This document shows, piece after piece, positions 19,273-28,603 of a DNA stretch of 64,000 nucleotides; within the stretch, counting starts at the first letter, position 1, and each line of letters begins with the position of its first letter. The stretch lies in the NCBI GenBank assembly GCA_046598395.1, contig JBKJIQ010000003.1, positions 40,914 to 104,913 on the forward strand, in the 5' to 3' direction. The translations under genes and the position numbers were made by a program. This DNA comes from Acidimicrobiia bacterium (lineage in GTDB: Bacteria; Actinomycetota; Acidimicrobiia; IMCC26256; JAENVU01). The notes beneath the pieces are model-generated. The model had not been told where the DNA came from and did no database searches. It saw only the letters and a list, made by a program, of their open reading frames with translations.

Positions 19273-19730
19273 GCATGCTCGATACCAACCTGGAAACCAT
19301 CGAACACGTCGTCCGTATCGATGCCGCACCCGAGACGGTGTGGACGTTCTGGACCGACCCCGCCCGACTCTGCGAGTGGTGGGGCGTTGAAGCCGAAGCC
19401 GTGGCCGAGCCCGGCGGCGTCTTTCGGGTCGTGATGGACAGCGGCGCGCCCGTCATGCGCGGTGAGTACGTGGAGCTGGATCCACCCCATCGGTTGGTCT
19501 TCACCTTCGGCTGGGAAGGCAATGCCCCCGATGACCCCCTCGCACCCGGGTCAACTCGGGTCGAGGTGACGCTCGAACCCGATGCCGACGCAACCGTCCT
19601 CACCCTCCGACACGAGTTGGCATCCACTCATGCCGCGGACCACGCCAAGGGCTGGGCGCACTTCCTCGACGACCAGATGACCGCGCTCGCGCGCCTTCAG
19701 CATCAGGACGAACCCAACGGGAACACCTAA
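19269..19730 (+). CDS. SRPBCC/AHSA1-like (START fold) protein
   Basis: IDAAPETVW, GEYVELDPPHRLVFTFGW, HAKGWAHFL; typical ArsR-SRPBCC pair. Confidence 0.88.
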   Translation: MSMLDTNLETIEHVVRIDAAPETVWTFWTDPARLCEWWGVEAEAVAEPGGVFRVVMDSGAPVMRGEYVELDPPHRLVFTFGWEGNAPDDPLAPGSTRVEVTLEPDADATVLTLRHELASTHAADHAKGWAHFLDDQMTALARLQHQDEPNGNT

Positions 19731-19790
19731 TGGCCGCACCGCGCCATGAAAGCCTCGATCATGAACGATCTCGCCCGCCTCGAGATGCGA

Positions 19791-20420
19791 TCACATCGTA
19801 AGTGAGACCACCAACAGTGCCTGCGCCACGTGGTACGTCACGATGATCGCCACGGGCTGCCACGGACGCGGCTGCACGAACCGATCTTCGCCAATGAGCG
19901 CGTCTGACGTCATGAAGAACAGCGCGCCGACGGCACCCAGTACGTTCCCACTGGCGACCGCGCTACTCACCATGACGAGGATCGTGAGCACGTAGGCGAC
20001 CACCGGTGCCACGAGTTCGAGATGACCCTTGGCGCGGATACCGCCGACGAGTCGCGTGCCCAGGATTGCGGCCACCGCCACCACGGGAATCGCTAACAAC
20101 CAGTTTCCATCGGTGTCCTGGTTCAGACCCACCACATACGCAACGTGTCCCAGCAGGAATGATGCGAGTCCGGCCACGAACGCGTCAGTCGGCAGCATCA
20201 GAAACACATCGCCCGCGAGTGAGAGCACCAGTGCGATGACGAACCACGTCCGAGCCGTGGATGCCACCGGGTCGAGCGCCACCGCAGCCCCGATCATCAG
20301 CACGAGGGTGAGTGGCTTGAAGATGTGAATCCCCAGCTGGACCCGACGGGCCACCGAGACCCAGTTGCCGATCGCCGCGAGCCCGGCCAGTGTCATGAGC
20401 ACGACCGCCAGGGTGTTCAT
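19791..20420 (-). CDS. Lysoplasmalogenase (YhhN family)
   Basis: FKPL, SLAGDVFL, GLASFLLGHVAY, FMTSD, TYHVAQ. Confidence 0.88.
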   Translation of the reverse strand: MNTLAVVLMTLAGLAAIGNWVSVARRVQLGIHIFKPLTLVLMIGAAVALDPVASTARTWFVIALVLSLAGDVFLMLPTDAFVAGLASFLLGHVAYVVGLNQDTDGNWLLAIPVVAVAAILGTRLVGGIRAKGHLELVAPVVAYVLTILVMVSSAVASGNVLGAVGALFFMTSDALIGEDRFVQPRPWQPVAIIVTYHVAQALLVVSLTM

Positions 20421-20438
20421 CGACGGGTGTTCATCGAC
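20411..20438. repeat. Perfect 14-bp tandem duplication across the YhhN start codon
   Basis: GGGTGTTCATCGAC at 20411-20424 and 20425-20438. Confidence 0.85.
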
Positions 20439-20532
20439 GGCCTCGGGCTTGCACCGGGTCACCATACGCGACGAGTCCCGACGTCACCCTCTGACCAACT
20501 TGTGCCCGCCTCGTCGGCTGGGAGCTTGGGCG

Positions 20533-21147
20533 CTACGGACTGAGGCGCTGGATTGTCCAGCCGTCCGGAGTCAGCAGGTATACGACCCGGTCGTGCACCC
20601 GATCATCCCGGTTGCGCCAGAACTCCATCCGGACAGGCTGGATGCGATAGCCACCCCAATGCGGCGGCCGCGGGACCATCTCGGGGAACCGGGCACTCAC
20701 CGCTTCCACTTGGGCCTCGAGCGTCGCTCGATCCGCAACCACTTCACTCTGGTGCGACGCCCACGCCCCGAGCTGATGACCGCGGGGCCGATTGGAGAAA
20801 TACGTGTCGGACTCGGCCGCGTCGATACGCTCTGCGGAGCCCTCGATCCGGACTTGGGCGTCAAGTTGGGGCCAGTAGAACAGCGCCGCGACCGGCGCTC
20901 GGTCGCCCATTTCCACACCCTTGCGACTCTCGTAGTTGGTGAAGAAGACGAAACCGCGAGCGTCGATCCCTCGCAACAACACCACCCGCGAGGAGGGTCG
21001 GCCATCGGCACCCACCGTGGCCACGGTCATCGCCGCGCAACGGCCATCGGTTGCTGCGATAGCGGTGTCGTACCAACCGGAGAACTGTGTGATCGGATCC
21101 GGATCGACGGTCCGCTCATCCAGGGGTTCCAACCGATTGAGGGTCAT
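20533..21147 (-). CDS. pdxH: Pyridoxamine 5'-phosphate oxidase
   Basis: DPITQF, RVVLLR, FFTNYESRKG, QVRIEG, RPPHWGGY, EFW, RVHDR. Confidence 0.94.
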   Translation of the reverse strand: MTLNRLEPLDERTVDPDPITQFSGWYDTAIAATDGRCAAMTVATVGADGRPSSRVVLLRGIDARGFVFFTNYESRKGVEMGDRAPVAALFYWPQLDAQVRIEGSAERIDAAESDTYFSNRPRGHQLGAWASHQSEVVADRATLEAQVEAVSARFPEMVPRPPHWGGYRIQPVRMEFWRNRDDRVHDRVVYLLTPDGWTIQRLSP

Positions 21148-21217
21148 GCCCCGACGGTACGCTGCCGTGGATGTTCGGTACTTGCTCAATCGGTCAGGAA
21201 CCGGGAGAATCCCAACT

Positions 21218-21742
21218 ATGAGCTTTCATCACCTCGCTATCGCCACCCGTGATCTCGAAGCGAACCACGCGTTCTATACCGAGTCCATGGGCTTCACCCT
21301 CGAACGCACCAACGTTGCGCCCACGGACACCGGCGGCTGGGCGCGCCACGTGTTCTACGACACCGGCAACGGCGAAATGATCGCATTCTGGGATCTGCAC
21401 GATCCCGCGATCGGCGACTTCGTGCCATCGATCTCGGAGGGCCTCGGACTCCCACAGTGGACGAACCACATCGCGTTCAACGCGCCGACGGTCGACGACC
21501 TCGCAGTGGCTCGCCAACGCTGGCAGGACCACGGGCACTACGTGTTCGAGATCGACCACGGCTGGTGTACGTCGATCTACACCACCGACCCGAACGGAAT
21601 CATGGTGGAGTTCTGCACCACAACGGCGGTGGCTACCGATGCGGATCGCGCCGACGCACTTCGCCTCCTACGCGAGGTAACGCCCGAGCTCGAAGCTGCG
21701 CCCACCGGAACTCTGTACTCACCCACACCTGCCCCGGTCTGA
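21218..21742 (+). CDS. VOC/glyoxalase family protein
   Basis: FHHLAI, HVFYD, NHIAF, SIYTTDPNGIMVEF. Confidence 0.88.
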   Translation: MSFHHLAIATRDLEANHAFYTESMGFTLERTNVAPTDTGGWARHVFYDTGNGEMIAFWDLHDPAIGDFVPSISEGLGLPQWTNHIAFNAPTVDDLAVARQRWQDHGHYVFEIDHGWCTSIYTTDPNGIMVEFCTTTAVATDADRADALRLLREVTPELEAAPTGTLYSPTPAPV

Positions 21743-21750
21743 CCGCTCGC

Positions 21751-22947
21751 TCAGGCGATCACACCATCCGCGTGAAGCGCGACGAGTGTTGCGGCGTCGA
21801 GATCGAGGAGCGCGCCGAGCACCGCGTCGGTGTGTTCGCCCAGAGCAGGACCGACGGTGCGGATAGCGCCCGGCGTGCGCGACAGCTTCGGAACAATCCC
21901 CGTCATCGGAAGCGCCCGCTCGAAACCGGCCGCCAACCGAACGATCATCTCGCGTGCCGCAACGTGTGGGTCGGCCGCGAGATCCGGCGCGGTGTTGATC
22001 AGTCCCGCCGGGATCGAATGCGATTCGAGCTGGCGCAACACCTCGGCAGCCGGCAGGGTCACCGTCCACGCCCCAACCTCGGCATCGAGGGCGTTCTGCC
22101 CGGCCGCCCGCGCGGCATGGGTGGCGTACGGCGCGATCAGGTCCGGTCGGTTCATGGCATCGGTCAGCCGTGCGAACACCGCATCGGCATTCGCGGCGAT
22201 GACCACATCACGCCCATCCGCGGTCGGGTAAGCGTTCGAGGGTGCAACACCAGGCAGGTAGCCGCCGCTGCGACCGCGGACGATTCCACCAAGCTCGAAG
22301 TCCGCCACCGTCGACTCCATGAGCGCCATCACTGCCTCATAAATCGCCACGTCCACTTCCTGACCCAATCCCGACCGATGCCGTTCGTTCACGGCTGCCA
22401 ACGTCCCGATCACCGCGAACAACGCCGCGAGCGCGTCGCCGAGCGAGATCCCGGATCGAGCCGGCGGACGGTCTGGGTCGCCAGTGGTATGGCGGATACC
22501 GCCCATCGCTTCGCCGATCGCACCGAAGCCGGGCTCATGCGCTCGGGGCCCGTCCTGACCGAAGCCGGAGACATGCGTGAGAATCAGGCCCGGATTTACA
22601 GCAGCCAGCGCCTCGTATCCCAGTCCCCACTTCGCCAAGGTTCCCGGCTTGAAGTTCTCAATCACCACATCGCAGTGGACGGCGAGCGACCGGACCAACT
22701 GTCGACCACGATCGCTGCGGAGGTCGATCGCAATCGACTGCTTGTTGCGTGCGATCGCCGGCCACCACAAGGATCGACCGTCGAGCGTCACACCCCACCC
22801 GCGCATCGGGTCACCCGATCCCGGCGCCTCGACCTTGATGACATCGGCACCGAGATCACCCAACAGTTGGGCCGCGAACGGGCCCGCGATGAATGATCCG
22901 AGTTCGAGTACGCGCAGGCCGGTGAGCGGCGGTGATGGATCGGTCAC
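21751..22947 (-). CDS. CaiB/BaiF family III CoA-transferase
   Basis: LTGLRVLELGSFIAGP, GADVIKVE, RNKQS, DVVIENFKPG, SGFGQDGP. Confidence 0.93.
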   Translation of the reverse strand: MTDPSPPLTGLRVLELGSFIAGPFAAQLLGDLGADVIKVEAPGSGDPMRGWGVTLDGRSLWWPAIARNKQSIAIDLRSDRGRQLVRSLAVHCDVVIENFKPGTLAKWGLGYEALAAVNPGLILTHVSGFGQDGPRAHEPGFGAIGEAMGGIRHTTGDPDRPPARSGISLGDALAALFAVIGTLAAVNERHRSGLGQEVDVAIYEAVMALMESTVADFELGGIVRGRSGGYLPGVAPSNAYPTADGRDVVIAANADAVFARLTDAMNRPDLIAPYATHAARAAGQNALDAEVGAWTVTLPAAEVLRQLESHSIPAGLINTAPDLAADPHVAAREMIVRLAAGFERALPMTGIVPKLSRTPGAIRTVGPALGEHTDAVLGALLDLDAATLVALHADGVIA

Positions 22948-22968
22948 AGCCGCCTAGCCTGCCACCCC

Positions 22969-24204
22969 ATGCCACCAGCACCCACCACTCGGATCGGCCG
23001 CTACGAAAATCCGTACCGGGTGGCGGAATGGCACCGGGAACCGCCCTCGGGAACGCACTGCACCGCGCTGGTGCTCGAGACCCAAGACCGCGCTATCGCG
23101 CACGGGTGGCTGTATGCGCGCGGTGGCGAGTCGACGGTGGCGGTGCTCATGCATCCTCGGGCCAACTTCGCCCATCACTACGTGACCCCTGGCCTCCTCG
23201 AAGCGGGTATCGCGGTGCTCAACGTGACGAGCCGGTGGCTCAACAACGACGCGACCTTGATTCATGAACAGGTGTTACTCGATGTTGCCGCGGCCGTCGG
23301 GGCCGCCCGGGCACGGTACGAGCGCGTGGTGCTCATCGGAAACAGCGGCGGGGCGTCGTTGTTCACGTTCTACCTCCACCAAGCGCACGCACCCGCCGGG
23401 GCACGCCTCACCCACACCGCGGCAGGCGACGCGTTCGACCTCAACCGCTTCGATCTTCCCGGCGCGGATGCGATGGTGTATCTCGCCGGTCATGCAGGTG
23501 AGGGCCACTACCTGCTTCACGCCATCGACCCATCGGTCATCCATGAGGACGATCCCACCTCGTGCAACCCCGATCTCGATCTCTACGACCCACGCAACGG
23601 CTTCGTGGAACCACCCGACGTTCCGCGCTACACCGAAGCGTTCCTCGCTCGATATCGCTCGGCCCAACACGCGCGCATCGAGCGCATCGACGCCCGCGCT
23701 CGTGAACTCGTCGCGGCGAAGCGGGCGGCGAAAGCGGCGTGGGCCGAGACCGGGAACACCACCGATCGCCGCGCCTCGATCGCGACGCATTTCATGCACG
23801 TCTACCGCACCGATGCCGATCCACGAGCGGTTGACGCTTCCTTGGATCCGTCGGCGCGCGATTACGGCTCGCTGTGGGGAAGACGGCCAGATTGGATCAA
23901 CTACGGGGCCGTGGGATTCGGACGAGTCGTCGCACCCGAGGCATGGCTGTCCACCTGGTCCGGACTTTCATCGCAGGCGGAAATCGCAGTCACGGGAAGT
24001 CGCATGACGCTCCCCGCCTTGCAGGTGGTGTACTCGGGTGACAACTGCATCTATCCCTCGGACGATGAACTCATCGCCTCATCGCTCGCGACCACGCGAC
24101 TCGACCATGCGATGGTCGACGGCGATCACTACGGCTTTCCCGTTGACGCCGGACGCGACCCCGCGACGCGCATCGTGGCCGACTGGATCACGGCTCAGTC
24201 ATGA
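22969..24204 (+). CDS. Alpha/beta hydrolase of unknown substrate
   Basis: Nucleophile elbow IGNSGG, C-terminal GDH; ATGA-coupled to the next gene. Confidence 0.78.
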   Translation: MPPAPTTRIGRYENPYRVAEWHREPPSGTHCTALVLETQDRAIAHGWLYARGGESTVAVLMHPRANFAHHYVTPGLLEAGIAVLNVTSRWLNNDATLIHEQVLLDVAAAVGAARARYERVVLIGNSGGASLFTFYLHQAHAPAGARLTHTAAGDAFDLNRFDLPGADAMVYLAGHAGEGHYLLHAIDPSVIHEDDPTSCNPDLDLYDPRNGFVEPPDVPRYTEAFLARYRSAQHARIERIDARARELVAAKRAAKAAWAETGNTTDRRASIATHFMHVYRTDADPRAVDASLDPSARDYGSLWGRRPDWINYGAVGFGRVVAPEAWLSTWSGLSSQAEIAVTGSRMTLPALQVVYSGDNCIYPSDDELIASSLATTRLDHAMVDGDHYGFPVDAGRDPATRIVADWITAQS

Positions 24205-25094
24205 AGATCCGGATCGGATACGGATTCGGCGCGCAACGTGGGTTCACCGCCGCGGGCTTCGCGGCGATGGTCGACACCCTCGAGGCGCTCGGATTCGATT
24301 CGCTCTGGCTTTCCGAACGCATCGGCGCCGACGCGCCCGACCCCGTCATCGGCCTCGCCGTCGCGGCGGGTCGCACCTCTCGCATGAAACTCGGTACGAG
24401 TGTGCAAGTACTCCCGGGTCGGAACCCGGCGGTGCTTGCCAAGGAACTCGCGAGTCTCGATGTCCTCTCGGGCGGCCGGTTCCTTCCCGGGTTCGGACTC
24501 GGCATCGCTCACCCCGCCGAGCAGCAGGCGTTCGGAATCCAACGGTCCGACCGCGCCGCATGGTTCGAGGAAGCCCTGCCCCTCCTGCGTCGCATCTGGA
24601 CCGAAGACGCCGTCGATCACGACGGAACCCGATTCCACTACGAGCAGTTGCGAGTTCGGCCCCACCCGCTCCAGCAACCGTTCGATGTCTGGCTCGGTGG
24701 TCGCGCGCCGGGAGAACTCCGCCGTGTCGGTCGGTTGGCCGACGGATGGCTGGCGTCGTTCTCGATGCCCTCCGAGTGCGCCGAGGGCCGGGACACGATC
24801 GATGAAGCCGCCGCCGCCCATGGCCGGGTCATCGATCCGGAACACTTCGGCGCGATGGTGTTCTACTCCAACGGTCCCGTCTCCGAACCGGTCCAGAAGT
24901 TGATCGCGGCGCGCTCCCCCGACATCGACCCGAACGACCTGGTGCCCGGAAATCTCGAGGTGCTGGAGCGTCGACTTCACGAGTACATCGACATCGGGTT
25001 CTCGAAACTCGTGCTCGTGCCACTGCACAGTCCCGAGGACTGGAACGCCGAACTCGAACCGCTGGCCCGACACCTGCTGTCACTGCAGACCTGA
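24201..25094 (+). CDS. LLM-class (probably F420-dependent) oxidoreductase
   Basis: GFDSLWLSE, LPGRNP, SLDVLSGGR, VWLGG, RLADGW. Confidence 0.88.
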   Translation: MKIRIGYGFGAQRGFTAAGFAAMVDTLEALGFDSLWLSERIGADAPDPVIGLAVAAGRTSRMKLGTSVQVLPGRNPAVLAKELASLDVLSGGRFLPGFGLGIAHPAEQQAFGIQRSDRAAWFEEALPLLRRIWTEDAVDHDGTRFHYEQLRVRPHPLQQPFDVWLGGRAPGELRRVGRLADGWLASFSMPSECAEGRDTIDEAAAAHGRVIDPEHFGAMVFYSNGPVSEPVQKLIAARSPDIDPNDLVPGNLEVLERRLHEYIDIGFSKLVLVPLHSPEDWNAELEPLARHLLSLQT

Positions 25095-25117
25095 ACCTCT
25101 GGCGCACCAAGGCGCCG

Positions 25118-26011
25118 CTACGGCGACGCGGGGGTGATCGGCGGATGGCCCGGGAGATCGTCATGAACCCCGGCCACAAAGGGGGAGCGCGCCAAGCGAA
25201 TCACCCCGACCAGCATCACCCCAACCGCCACCGCGACGATCCCATATTGCAACAGACCGTGCGCCTTCAGATGCTCCTCGAAGATGAACACACCGAGAAA
25301 CGCCGACAAGATCGGATTCGTCACCGCCAACGCCGGAAGTGAAGCCGCGAGGTGGCCGGCGTTGAACGCACTCTGGTTCAGGATCAACCCCCCGATGGCG
25401 AACACCGCCAGCGCGTAGACCGGCCATCGCATGAACAGCGACGTGACACTGTGGTCGGCGAGGATGTCCACGACCTGTTTCGTCAGCGCGGCCGTGCACG
25501 CGTAACACGCACCCGTTGCCACCGCGAGGCCGAGTGCCCGGTTATGGGGTTGGGCGCCCCGCGTGATGAGCACCATCAGGACCATGATCATGATGCAGAA
25601 CCCGAACCCGGTCACCCATTCCCAGTTCGTCGCGCTGCCCGACCCTCCAATGGGCTCGCCCACCGCGAGAAAGACGGCGATTCCCCCTGCGACAGCTGCG
25701 GCAGCAAGCCACTCCGAACGCCCGGGCCGCGACGCCCGTCCGATCGCAGAAAGCGGCAACGCAAAGAGCAGCCCGCTGACCATCAACGTCTGCACGAGGA
25801 CCAGCGAACCCACCGAGAGGGCCGCGGCCTCGAGGAAATAGGCGGCGACATCGAGACCGATCCCGAGGAGCCACATCGGATGTTTGATCAACTCGAGGAT
25901 CAGGCCGGGCCGCAGCGACATGTGTTCGGGCGCGGCGGCCGCAACCTTGTGTTGAAACACTGACGCGATGGCGTAACAGAGGCCCGCGCCGAGCGCGAAG
26001 AAAAACGCCAC
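25118..26011 (-). CDS. DMT-superfamily membrane protein
   Basis: Multiple TMs, SVFQH, GSLVLVQTL, QSAFNAG, FEE. Confidence 0.8.
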   Translation of the reverse strand: MAFFFALGAGLCYAIASVFQHKVAAAAPEHMSLRPGLILELIKHPMWLLGIGLDVAAYFLEAAALSVGSLVLVQTLMVSGLLFALPLSAIGRASRPGRSEWLAAAAVAGGIAVFLAVGEPIGGSGSATNWEWVTGFGFCIMIMVLMVLITRGAQPHNRALGLAVATGACYACTAALTKQVVDILADHSVTSLFMRWPVYALAVFAIGGLILNQSAFNAGHLAASLPALAVTNPILSAFLGVFIFEEHLKAHGLLQYGIVAVAVGVMLVGVIRLARSPFVAGVHDDLPGHPPITPASP

Positions 26012-26016
26012 GTCGG

Positions 26017-26772
26017 TTAGGCCGCGGAACGTTCCGGGAGAACAATCCCGTGCTCGCCCACCGGGCCCACGCGCAGCGATCGGCCCGAAAGCTCAGCGGC
26101 GAGTGCGGGAAGCGCGTGGAGGGTCGAATGCCAACACTTCGGCGCCGAGGTGCAATCGGAATCGTGTAACAAGACGGTTCCGCCATCGATATAGCCACCC
26201 AAGACATCGGCAACGACCGACTCCGGCGTCGCGCCTTCGCGCCAGTCGCGACCCCAAGCAGTCCACAACACCGGGCGCAGCCCGACCCGCCGAGCGCCGC
26301 GCACTCCGCCCAACGACAAGGTGCCGTAGGGCGGTCGAAACCACACCGGCATGACCCCGGACGCATCGGCCACCGCATCCCGAGCGCGGGCAATGTCGTC
26401 CGCGACCACGCGGGGCGAGAGGCGGAGCTGCGATCGGTGGGTGTCGCCATGGACGCCGACCTCGTGGCCCGCGGCCGCGACCTCGGCCGCGAGTCCTGGC
26501 GCCCGCCGAGCCATATCGCCCAGCATGAAGAACGTGGCATGCCAACTGAGGGCGTCGAGGGCGCGGAGAAACTCGGGGGTGGAGGACGGATCCGGACCGT
26601 CATCAAACGTGAGAGCCACATGACCCGGCCGGCCCACTCCGGCGAGTCCGGGGGAGAGGTAGCGGCCCACCGACGAGAGTGCAACCAGCGACGGTGCAGA
26701 GTGGATCGCGAGTCCGGCCGCGATGACCGCTCCCGCGCCGGCCCCCGCGATCACGACGGGCGCCAGACTCAT
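26017..26772 (-). CDS. Polysaccharide deacetylase (NodB/CE4)
   Basis: LTFDDGP, ATFF, HEVGVHGDTH, FRPPYG, DW, VLLHD. Confidence 0.93.
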   Translation of the reverse strand: MSLAPVVIAGAGAGAVIAAGLAIHSAPSLVALSSVGRYLSPGLAGVGRPGHVALTFDDGPDPSSTPEFLRALDALSWHATFFMLGDMARRAPGLAAEVAAAGHEVGVHGDTHRSQLRLSPRVVADDIARARDAVADASGVMPVWFRPPYGTLSLGGVRGARRVGLRPVLWTAWGRDWREGATPESVVADVLGGYIDGGTVLLHDSDCTSAPKCWHSTLHALPALAAELSGRSLRVGPVGEHGIVLPERSAA

Positions 26773-28544
26773 CGGAGCTCCGACAACGGCGACGATGCCA
26801 GATTCTCCACCTCGAGCTGATGCTCGAGGACGCCCAGCGCGTTGCGCGTTGCTTCCACCGTGGCGTCCCGCCCATCCAGCACGTAGACCGCTCGATCTCG
26901 CAAGCGAGCCGGCAGGTGCGCCGGTTGGATCAGATAGTCGGGCCGCACCAGTCGTTGGCCGCGGCGGCGGGCGTAGATCTGGTCGAATGCATCGAAGCGG
27001 CGACCCGGGACGAACTCCAGAACTTTTGCGCCCGTCACGGTCTTGGTAATCGCATCGGTCGACTGCACCACATCGGTCTCGGCGCGCAGCAGCCGAAACG
27101 GTCGGCCTTGACCCCAGCCGCCGTTGCCGAGGTCGACATCACGATCGACCAGCGATTGCAACGAGGCGCTATCCGACGCCTGCACCGTTTCGCCATCGAG
27201 AATCGCGGTTGCATGCATCCGGTCGAGTGCGGCTCGAATCGACGGATGCTCAACTTCCGCTTTGCTCAGGCGAACGCCGAAAAACACCTTGTCGTGAGCC
27301 GATCGGGGCGGCTCAGCTACACCAATTCCGAACGCCGAGATGCCCTGCGCGCCGAGGGTCAACAACCCGTACATCGCCAACGTCACGAACGTGAGCACGC
27401 GCAAGCGGTGCGGCAACTTCGGCATTTGAATGGGCTTCTCGATTCCATCGCGGAGGCGGCGAGCCGCCTCCGCCACAACATCGTCAGTTGCATCTCCCAC
27501 GAACAGCGCGTGGGCCCGCGCAATCTGTTCCTGGCGCAAGACGCTCGGACTGCACAAGTCCGTCAACGCGACTCGGAGTTCATCGCCCGTGCGGGCATAG
27601 CGGGTGACGCCAATCGCCGACATTCCCTCCGCGTTATCGCGACCATGGCCGACGATCGGCAGGAAGGTGACCACAGGTAACCCAACCGCGAACGCCTCAT
27701 TTGCGGTGAGCCCTCCGGCATTCTCAACCATCACGTCACATGCGGCCATCAGGCGCGGCATGTTGTCGGTCCAGCCGAGGATCGTCCCTCGGCCGCGGCG
27801 CTCGAGCGCCCCCTTGAGATCGGAATCGCGAGCGCACACGACGACCGGGTGGAAATCGCCGGCCGCGCAGATCGCGTCGTACGTGCCGGTGACGTCACCG
27901 ACCCCCCACGATCCCGCCACCACCAGCACGGCGCGCACGTCATCGGCCAGCCCGAGTTCGCCACGACTCGACGTTCGGCTGGCCGCCACCGCAGGGAGAA
28001 ACCGCTCGGCGACAAGTGGCCCTGGCGCGCGGGCGTCTTCTCCGCCGCGCTGGCGCGCCGTGTCCGCCGCGAAGTCGCTCGTCGCGAGATGGACATCAAC
28101 GTGAGGGTGCACCCACAAGGGATGAACAGCAAAGTCAGTGAGGTACGTGACGACGGGAACCTTGAGCCAGCGCTTCTTGCGCATGTTCCCGAGCACGAGC
28201 GAAGACAACGGGTAGGTGGACACCACAACGTCGGCATCCGTCTCGGTGATGGCCCGACGAATGCGGCGCCCTGCAATCAACGTGTCGAGCCGCACGATGA
28301 AGCCCCACGTTGAGGGCATCTTGTACCAGAGGCGGTAGGTGAGTTCGTAGCTCCAAGGCGCCACCCGCAACTGCACGAGGTAGCTCCACTTGATGAACCA
28401 GCCGATACCAAACGGGCAGCAATCGAGAAAGTCGATAATCCGCACGGTGTGGCCTTGTAGTTCCAGGCGTTTGCGCAGCTCATTGGCGGCGCCATCGTGG
28501 CCGGCGCCCATCGACGCAGAAATGATCAGGATCCGCCGGGCCAT
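26769..28544 (-). CDS. MGDG-synthase/UgtP-like glycosyltransferase with TM and extra C-terminal domain
   Basis: SASMGAGHDGAA, VVSTYP, LTDFAVHPLWVHP, GSWGVG, NAGGLT..EA, PIVGHG..NA; ~190-aa C-terminal extension. Confidence 0.85.
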   Translation of the reverse strand: MARRILIISASMGAGHDGAANELRKRLELQGHTVRIIDFLDCCPFGIGWFIKWSYLVQLRVAPWSYELTYRLWYKMPSTWGFIVRLDTLIAGRRIRRAITETDADVVVSTYPLSSLVLGNMRKKRWLKVPVVTYLTDFAVHPLWVHPHVDVHLATSDFAADTARQRGGEDARAPGPLVAERFLPAVAASRTSSRGELGLADDVRAVLVVAGSWGVGDVTGTYDAICAAGDFHPVVVCARDSDLKGALERRGRGTILGWTDNMPRLMAACDVMVENAGGLTANEAFAVGLPVVTFLPIVGHGRDNAEGMSAIGVTRYARTGDELRVALTDLCSPSVLRQEQIARAHALFVGDATDDVVAEAARRLRDGIEKPIQMPKLPHRLRVLTFVTLAMYGLLTLGAQGISAFGIGVAEPPRSAHDKVFFGVRLSKAEVEHPSIRAALDRMHATAILDGETVQASDSASLQSLVDRDVDLGNGGWGQGRPFRLLRAETDVVQSTDAITKTVTGAKVLEFVPGRRFDAFDQIYARRRGQRLVRPDYLIQPAHLPARLRDRAVYVLDGRDATVEATRNALGVLEHQLEVENLASSPLSELR

Positions 28545-28603
28545 GGACTACCGAGCGTACTGCGAAGCGCGAGATCCTGACGGGTTTCGTAGCGTCCGGC
28601 GCG

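Noticed and set aside
19730-19805. Short ORFs after the SRPBCC gene (MAAPRHESLDH..., MKASIMNDLARLEMR...)
   Set aside because: Too short, they run into the convergent yhhN end, and the resemblance to a dehydrogenase N-terminus is too weak to support.
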